Positions 27,447-33,542 of a DNA stretch of 64,000 nt are shown in pieces. The notes under the pieces are model-generated. The model saw only the letters and a program-made list of their open reading frames with translations, was not told the origin of the DNA and ran no database searches. Origin of the DNA: a virus. The stretch lies in the IMG/VR virus record IMGVR_UViG_3300045995_000473; one strand, given 5' to 3'. Each line of letters opens with the position of its first letter. The first letter of the stretch is position 1. The position numbers were made by a program, and so were the translations under genes.

Positions 27447-28547
27447 ATGGATACTGAATATTCAATCGAATTACTGGCCGAGGCATATAAAGACTGCCGC
27501 CGCCATAAACGCAACACAGACAGCGCACTCCGCTTTGAGCAGAATCTTGAGCACAACCTGATTGCTTTGCACGATGAACTGTCAGACGGCTCATATAAGC
27601 CAGGGAAAAGCATCTGCTTTGTCATCACCAAACCAAAGCCGCGCGAAGTATGGGCAGCGGACTTTCGCGACCGCATCGTGCATCACCTTCTCTACAACCG
27701 CCTTGCGCCGATATTCCACGCCAGATTTATTGTTGATAGCTGCGCCTGCATACCGGGTCGAGGCACGCTATACGGCGCAAAACGGCTTGAATCGAAGGTG
27801 CGCAGCATCACTCAGAACTGGAGCAAACATGCGTATTACCTGAAACTGGATCTGGCCAACTTCTTTGTCAGCATCGACAAGAATATCTTGCGCAAACTGA
27901 TCGCAAAGCGTGTCACCGAACCGTGGTGGATGCAGCTAGCCGACACGATCCTGTTTCACGATCCGCGCCAAAACTATGAGCTGCGCGGTGAGCCTCGCAT
28001 GCTCGACTTGGTGCCGTCACACAAACGTTTAACCAACCACCCAGCACACCTCGGCTTGCCGATTGGTAATCTCAGCAGCCAGTTCTTCGCCAATATCTAC
28101 CTGGACGAGTTAGACCAGTTCTGCAAACACAAGCTACAGGCGCGCCACTATATCCGCTATGTGGACGACTTCCTGATTCTGCATGAATCACCGCAATGGC
28201 TCAACGCGGCCAAAGCCGAGATTGAAGAGTTTCTGTTCGACGAATTGCGTGCCAAGATTAACCCATCAAAAACCATCCTGCAGCCGGTGTCGCGCGGCGT
28301 CGACTTTGTTGGACAAGTAATTCGGCCTTGGCATAGAACGACGCGCAAACGCACCATCAATGAGGCGATGCGCCGCGTCAGCACTGTCGATAGCGCAGAA
28401 CTCTACGAAACAGCGAATAGCTACTTTGGGCTTATGCGTCAGGCTACTCACAGCTATCACCAAAGAGTATTGCTATCGAATGTCCTGCGTAAACGCGGCC
28501 ATACGATCAGTGCCAATTTAACCAAGACTTATAGGAAAACAGCATGA
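27447..28547 (+). CDS. DGR reverse transcriptase
   Basis: ADFRDRIVHH, YLKLDLANFF, GLPIGNLSSQFFANIYL (DGR-type GxxxSQ), YIRYVDDF; likely start MDTEYS, 366 aa. Confidence 0.95.
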   Translation: MDTEYSIELLAEAYKDCRRHKRNTDSALRFEQNLEHNLIALHDELSDGSYKPGKSICFVITKPKPREVWAADFRDRIVHHLLYNRLAPIFHARFIVDSCACIPGRGTLYGAKRLESKVRSITQNWSKHAYYLKLDLANFFVSIDKNILRKLIAKRVTEPWWMQLADTILFHDPRQNYELRGEPRMLDLVPSHKRLTNHPAHLGLPIGNLSSQFFANIYLDELDQFCKHKLQARHYIRYVDDFLILHESPQWLNAAKAEIEEFLFDELRAKINPSKTILQPVSRGVDFVGQVIRPWHRTTRKRTINEAMRRVSTVDSAELYETANSYFGLMRQATHSYHQRVLLSNVLRKRGHTISANLTKTYRKTA

Positions 28548-28810
28548 CTGAACTAACCCTATTTTTATCTACCGCCTCGCTAGTCTTTGCGCTGGGGCTG
28601 CAACAGCTCAACGTACAGGGTCATCATTACATGCTGGCAGCGCTAACTAGTTTCCTAATCGGCGGCGCACAGATCTACCTGTGGCGCACTATGCCAGGCG
28701 CATCCGGAAGCGAGATCATTGCCACCCTATGCGGCGGCCCGGTCGGGATTCTGGCAGCAATGTACTCACACCCTAGGTTAGTTCGGTTTTTATTGCGGAG
28801 AAAATCATGA
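28544..28810 (+). CDS. Small multi-TM membrane protein
   Basis: Three hydrophobic segments in 88 aa; ATGA-coupled to RT. Confidence 0.7.
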   Translation: MTELTLFLSTASLVFALGLQQLNVQGHHYMLAALTSFLIGGAQIYLWRTMPGASGSEIIATLCGGPVGILAAMYSHPRLVRFLLRRKS

Positions 28811-29250
28811 TCACTCCTCAATATATTCTCGACATTAATGAAGAAATCATCGTCGATAATTTCGCTGGCGGAGGTGGTGCATCTACGGGTATTGAACTAG
28901 CGCTGGGGCGCCATGTAGATGTGGCTATCAATCACGATCCAGAAGCCGTATCTATGCATCAAGCAAATCACCCGCAGACGGTACACCACTGCGAATCGGT
29001 ATGGGAAGTTAACCCGCGCGAAGTCATGCCAGGACGCTCAATCGGTCTGCTCTGGCTGTCACCGGACTGCAAGCACCACAGTAAGGCTAAGGGCGGAAAG
29101 CCAGTAGAGAAGAACATTCGCGGCCTCGCTTGGGTGGCACTGCGCTGGATAGCGGTACGCAAACCACGCGTCATCATGCTTGAAAACGTCGAAGAATTTC
29201 AAAAGTGGGGCCCGCTACCAAAATATCAATCGCAGGGAGCATCGGCATGA
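28807..29250 (+). pseudogene. Truncated C5 DNA cytosine methyltransferase (N-terminal part only)
   Basis: DNFAGGGG (motif I), SPDC (IV), ENV (VI), then stop at 147 aa; no TRD or motifs IX-X. Confidence 0.75.
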
Positions 29251-29480
29251 ATGACATTGAAAATCAGGTAATCAATTGCATCGCAGATCAGACCGGCCAC
29301 GATCCGGAACATATTAATCCATCTGACACGCTCCATTCTCTAGAAATGGATGAGATTGATCGGTGCGAACTGGCGATGATGATTGAGGATCATTTCGATA
29401 TCGTAATCAAGGATGCAGACGCTGAAAAATGGAGATCCGTACAGGACGTAATCAATCACATGATAAGGGCAAAACCATGA
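29247..29480 (+). CDS. Acyl-carrier-protein homologue lacking the phosphopantetheine serine
   Basis: 77 aa; LEMDEIDRCELAMMIEDHFDIVIKDADAEKWRSVQDVI aligns with AcpP [38 protein letters not shown]. Confidence 0.85.
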   Translation: MNDIENQVINCIADQTGHDPEHINPSDTLHSLEMDEIDRCELAMMIEDHFDIVIKDADAEKWRSVQDVINHMIRAKP

Positions 29481-30187
29481 GCGACGTATGCACAGAGCAG
29501 CGCTTCCTTACAGATGCCGCGCAGCATGAAATGACGATCATCCGCGATGATGGTGTGCACCGGCACATTCAATTCAAGCGGCCCGGTACCAGATGCTACC
29601 AGTTCGACCTGATCACATGGCCGGGATACCTATGCTACACGGGCGATATGGGAACCTATGTATTCACTCGGCTGCGCGATATGTTTGAGTTCTTTCGCAC
29701 CGACCGCGCCCACCTGCGACTTAAAGACGGGCAGACGCTGGCAATCAATCCGGGCTATTGGGGTGAAAAGCTTGAGGCGGTTGATAAGTGTGACGGCTTC
29801 AAAGAGTTCAGCGAAGAAAAGTTTAAGCGCTCTGTGATGGAGTATCTAGTTCGATGGATTCGTGAAAACTACAGTGATACCGACAAGGACGAGCGGCGCG
29901 AACTATGGGATGAGGTAATGAGTCAGGTTATCGATGTTGATGATGACAATAGCGGGAGCCGTAAGCAGGCCGCAGTGCACGACTTTACACGCCATGTAAA
30001 TCAGGCCCTTGACTTTGAATTCGTGGACTTCTGGGAGCACGACCTTACCGACTATTCATTCCGATTTATGTGGTGCTGCTATGCGGTGGCATGGGGCGTG
30101 CAGAAATACGACGAAAAGAAGGCAGAGCCATGCGCTCATGTTGTTTGCGAGGCCGATGTATGTGCAAAGTGTGGGGATGCAGCATGA
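29477..30187 (+). CDS. Phage hypothetical protein
   Basis: IRDDGVHRHIQFKRPG...LITWPGYLCYTGDMGTYVF; ATGA-coupled. Confidence 0.75.
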   Translation: MSDVCTEQRFLTDAAQHEMTIIRDDGVHRHIQFKRPGTRCYQFDLITWPGYLCYTGDMGTYVFTRLRDMFEFFRTDRAHLRLKDGQTLAINPGYWGEKLEAVDKCDGFKEFSEEKFKRSVMEYLVRWIRENYSDTDKDERRELWDEVMSQVIDVDDDNSGSRKQAAVHDFTRHVNQALDFEFVDFWEHDLTDYSFRFMWCCYAVAWGVQKYDEKKAEPCAHVVCEADVCAKCGDAA

Positions 30188-30212
30188 AGGAATTTATAAA
30201 GGATGGTGTGTG

Positions 30213-30437
30213 ATGAGCATGTTCATCTCTAGCAATGAACTCGCTGAGCTAACTGGCTACAAGGTTGGGTTCTATCAAGCACAGTGGCTCAAGGATCACG
30301 GCTACCCGTATGAGCTGACAATCAGCGGGAAACCACGTGTCCTGCGCGCATTCGTTGAAAAGCGCCTCGGGCTTGCCAGCGTAATTCCAAAGTCGCAAAC
30401 TGAGCCTGACTTTTCATCCTGGAAGAGAGCCGCATAA
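30213..30437 (+). CDS. Excisionase-like protein (DUF4224-like)
   Basis: FISSNELAELTGYK...QAQWLKDHGYPY...GKPRVLR; stop overlaps integrase start. Confidence 0.75.
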   Translation: MSMFISSNELAELTGYKVGFYQAQWLKDHGYPYELTISGKPRVLRAFVEKRLGLASVIPKSQTEPDFSSWKRAA

Positions 30438-31504
30438 TGGTTGGGAAACGCAAGACCGCATCATCGCTACCTCCGCGCATGTATGTCTATAAAGGTAAGC
30501 GTAAGGACACTTATTACACCATCACGGCTGACAACAAACGTCTTAATCTCGGACATGAGCTGCTGCTGGCTAAGCGCAAGCTGCTTGAGCTCGAAGAAGG
30601 CCGAAGCATATCCGGAACAATCGGCGAGCTGCTGGATGACTATCTCAAAGAGGTTAAAGCCAAGGTTGAGAATGGCAAACGCTCTGCCCTGACGCTGCGT
30701 GACAATGAAGCGGAGATCACTCAACTCAAAAAAGCATTTGGCGGTATGCAGCCGAAGGATTTACAACCTGCGCACGTATGGGCTTATCTGCACAAATTCA
30801 GGGGAAAAGACGCACCGGTTCGCGCAAATCGCGAGGTTTCTTACCTACAGGCATCATTCAATTGGGCGCGAGGACAAGGAATCGTGCGAGATAACCCTTG
30901 TGTCGGCGTACAGCGCAACGAAGAGGAGTCGCGAACCCGTATGGTCAGCGACAGAGAGCTAGACGCCTTTGTGGCATTCTGCCGCACTAATGGCCATCTT
31001 GATGATGCCAGCGAGCGCAAAGATAGCAGCGACGCAGGATTGCGCATTGCTCTGTGCGCCCGTATCGCCTATCTGACAGGGAAAGCACAGGCACAAGTGC
31101 TAAGTATTCATAAAAACCAGATAACTGATGAAGGTATTTTATTTGGCCAACGCAAACGCGGCGCTGCAACACTGGTTGAGTGGACGCCGACGCTGCGCGC
31201 TACGGTAACTGAATGCCAGGCACTCCCCAGCAAGATAATCAGCATGTATCTGATACATAGCCGCAGTGGGCAGCCATACAGCACACAAGGATTCAAAGCT
31301 ATGTGGCAGCGTCTAATGAAGGCGTGGCTGGAATCAGATGAGAGTAATGTGAGGTTCACTTTTCATGATCTACGCGCAAAAGCTGTCACAGATCTGATTG
31401 AAGATGGCCGAAAAGCCAGTGAATTAACCGGGCATAGAACTGAGAGTATTCCGGCTAAAGTATATGACCGCAGAGCTGTTAGAAAATCGAAGGCGGTGAA
31501 ATGA
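30437..31504 (+). CDS. int: Tyrosine integrase
   Basis: Catalytic-box-like FTFHDLRAKAVT and LTGHRTE...KVYDR; adjacent to att core. Confidence 0.92.
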   Translation: MVGKRKTASSLPPRMYVYKGKRKDTYYTITADNKRLNLGHELLLAKRKLLELEEGRSISGTIGELLDDYLKEVKAKVENGKRSALTLRDNEAEITQLKKAFGGMQPKDLQPAHVWAYLHKFRGKDAPVRANREVSYLQASFNWARGQGIVRDNPCVGVQRNEEESRTRMVSDRELDAFVAFCRTNGHLDDASERKDSSDAGLRIALCARIAYLTGKAQAQVLSIHKNQITDEGILFGQRKRGAATLVEWTPTLRATVTECQALPSKIISMYLIHSRSGQPYSTQGFKAMWQRLMKAWLESDESNVRFTFHDLRAKAVTDLIEDGRKASELTGHRTESIPAKVYDRRAVRKSKAVK

Positions 31505-31555
31505 TCTTACAAAATTCGCGTTTTATCTTACAAAAAGCGTAAATGATAGAAATGA

Positions 31556-31588
31556 AAAACCCGCTAACTCATTGAATTAGCGGGTTTT
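31556..31588. terminator. Bidirectional intrinsic terminator
   Basis: AAAACCCGCTAA-ctcattgaa-TTAGCGGGTTTT. Confidence 0.8.
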
Positions 31589-31591
31589 ATT

Positions 31592-31638
31592 TGGGGTGGC
31601 TGATGGGGCTCGAACCCACGACAACAGGAATCACAATC
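31592..31638 (-). other. att core: 3' half of tRNA-His(GTG), not a full tRNA
   Basis: Minus strand GATTGTGATTCCTGTTGTCGTGGGTTCGAGCCCCATCAGCCACCCCA (anticodon loop, T-arm, CCA); 5' half absent. Confidence 0.9.
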
Positions 31639-31755
31639 AGATTGTAAAATTATTGTAATCAATTAGTTATCAATGATAATTTGTAAGATACAGCATCAAT
31701 AAAGCCAATAAATACAATGGCTGATTTTTGCATCTTACAAATTTTTCAAGTATTT

Positions 31756-32307
31756 TTAACCACGATTTACTGTCGCGATATTCGGATCTGCCTGCATTTT
31801 CCCGCGATACCATGAAGCGACGCCAAGCACTGTTGACATTGCTGCCATTATCGCTGCGATTGACGCAATCATTGCTGGCAAGTAGCTTAATACTTCAGGC
31901 TTAACATTAAAGAACATCACCCCGAGGTAAGCAACCACTACTGTCATCCCTGTGAGCACTGCGAGCAGCGCATAACTGAACCCAATGGCAGGCCGCCACG
32001 AATATGTCGGCCAGTGTTCAGACGCTGCCTCGGTCTGTATCGATTTATTGATGTCGGATGCGTTCTGCACGGCCAGTTGCTGGAATGATACTTCCTGAGA
32101 CAGTACGGCCTGCCGGTATTGCAACACCAGCGCAGGGTCAGCCTGAAGAGCAGCAAGGGCTTGATCGCCCGTCGGCTTGCCCGTTACTGTCTGCGCGATC
32201 TCGATCGCCTTCTGCGCTACCTGTTCCGCTTTATCGCTTCCCGTTACCCACTTCGTAATCTGTGGCACGAACTGGGCAAGGGACATTGCAATCGTAATCG
32301 GGTCCAT
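31756..32307 (-). CDS. Holin-like protein (GTA 3TM-holin type)
   Basis: EHWPTYSWRPAIG followed by two TM helices; follows endolysin. Confidence 0.6.
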   Translation of the reverse strand: MDPITIAMSLAQFVPQITKWVTGSDKAEQVAQKAIEIAQTVTGKPTGDQALAALQADPALVLQYRQAVLSQEVSFQQLAVQNASDINKSIQTEAASEHWPTYSWRPAIGFSYALLAVLTGMTVVVAYLGVMFFNVKPEVLSYLPAMIASIAAIMAAMSTVLGVASWYRGKMQADPNIATVNRG

Positions 32308-32308
32308 C

Positions 32309-32758
32309 TTAGGCCACCTTTAAACCGGCGAACGTACCGGATGAGTTGATCGTCAGGAGCTGGTTGCGCATCGTATCGGCAATGCCAATGTGCACCCAAC
32401 CCTCACCGGTTGAGGGGTTGTAAAATTCAAGGATAAGCTGATCGTACTGAATGTGCGCCTCACGGATCATGTGAATTACATCGAGCAGTGTCAGACCTTG
32501 TACGTGGAAGTCGCAGGCCAGCCCTTTGGTGTGTGCACTCGTCGGCTTGCTGCCGACCATATTATTAAGGTCGGGACAACGATAGCCAGATGAGATACTA
32601 ATCGGCCGCCCTATCACGGCCCTGACCTCTTCCATCTTTGCCGCGAGTTTGGTGAGATTCGCCAGGATAAATACATTCGGAGAATTGTCGATCCCTCGTC
32701 GTGCAGCTGTTTGTGATACGGTGAATTCTTCCACCATGAAGTGTTCGCTCAGTTTCAT
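32309..32758 (-). CDS. Endolysin, peptidase M15A family
   Basis: KLSEHFMVEEF, ISSGYRC, SAHTKGLACD, YDQLILEF, WVHIG. Confidence 0.88.
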   Translation of the reverse strand: MKLSEHFMVEEFTVSQTAARRGIDNSPNVFILANLTKLAAKMEEVRAVIGRPISISSGYRCPDLNNMVGSKPTSAHTKGLACDFHVQGLTLLDVIHMIREAHIQYDQLILEFYNPSTGEGWVHIGIADTMRNQLLTINSSGTFAGLKVA

Positions 32759-33009
32759 TTGTCAGCCTTTCCATCTAGTTTGTTTTCAATTCGATCAAGC
32801 TTTTTAAAAATCGCATCGCCCCAAGAACTCAGTTCAGCGCGCTTGACATACTCGCCGACCACCAGCGTCTCCATGCTATGCACTTTGTCACTCAGAGCCG
32901 CATCTTGCGCATGTAAAGATTTGACGGAATCATTAAGCCCTTTGACAAACATGCCGCCAAAAAAAGCCACGATAGCAAGAAGAGTTTCGATTATTGAGTG
33001 GGTATCCAT
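32755..33009 (-). CDS. Single-TM coiled-coil protein (holin/antiholin-like)
   Basis: N-terminal TM IIETLLAIVAFFGGMFV; ends KLDGKADK; upstream of endolysin. Confidence 0.6.
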   Translation of the reverse strand: MDTHSIIETLLAIVAFFGGMFVKGLNDSVKSLHAQDAALSDKVHSMETLVVGEYVKRAELSSWGDAIFKKLDRIENKLDGKADK

Positions 33010-33026
33010 GGTTTTCGTCTAGTTAG

Positions 33027-33404
33027 TTAATTGGTTATTAAATGCCACGGATCACCGGGCTTATGGCCTGAGATGGAAATCCACTTGTAATCGAGCATCT
33101 GACGTGGAATGACCGATCGCTGACGGCAATCAAGGATGTATCCAGCAGACTCGCAAACGAGGTGGTATTCCCCAGTTTCGACTTGGCAAAAAACGAGGCG
33201 GTTTTCAATGCCTAGTTCATCCAGCTTGCCACGGCACAGCAGTGCAAAGCCGTCGCAGTCGTCATGAACTTTGCCGTCAGGGCCAGCATGCGCCGCCATC
33301 TCCTTCGGTGTTGCCCAGTAGTCGATGCAGCCCCATGCAGCGAGGTCTGACTCATAGACGAAGTTATCTAACACCTCGCGGAATACATCATCGAGCGCGC
33401 TCAT
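33027..33404 (-). CDS. Transglutaminase-like cysteine peptidase (BTLCP-like) catalytic domain
   Basis: DYWATP, DDCDGFA (Cys), EYHLV (His), ILDCR (Asp). Confidence 0.7.
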   Translation of the reverse strand: MSALDDVFREVLDNFVYESDLAAWGCIDYWATPKEMAAHAGPDGKVHDDCDGFALLCRGKLDELGIENRLVFCQVETGEYHLVCESAGYILDCRQRSVIPRQMLDYKWISISGHKPGDPWHLITN

Positions 33405-33529
33405 CAGCAGTTCACCCCGCGACTATGTGCCGCCGCACAACCGGATGGCGGCGCAACCTCATCGCCAGTAACGAATGGGGTTGGGGAGCAGGCGGAAAGA
33501 AAAATAGCCAGTAAAATATAACGCATCAT
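33404..33529 (-). CDS. Small lipoprotein (not in ORF track)
   Basis: MMRYILLAIFLSAC|SPTPFVTGDEVAPPSGCAAAHSRGVNC; lipobox LSAC, GAGG RBS; TGATG overlap with next gene. Confidence 0.75.
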   Translation of the reverse strand: MMRYILLAIFLSACSPTPFVTGDEVAPPSGCAAAHSRGVNC

Positions 33530-33542
33530 TTCCTCACTTAAA

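Larger units (their letters stand above)
31504..31741. other. attP region with arm-type ATCTTACAAA repeats on both sides of core
   Basis: Repeats at 31504, 31525, 31680-31689 (inverted) and 31732. Confidence 0.8.

Noticed and set aside
27447-28547. RT as group II intron, retron or Abi-type enzyme
   Set aside because: No maturase/endonuclease extension or retron VTG motif; it has the DGR-type IGNLSSQ motif, an adjacent Avd and a TR/VR set with A-specific mismatches.
31592-31638. Functional tRNA-His gene
   Set aside because: Only the anticodon loop to CCA is present; the D-arm and 5' acceptor strand are missing, so it is an att core.
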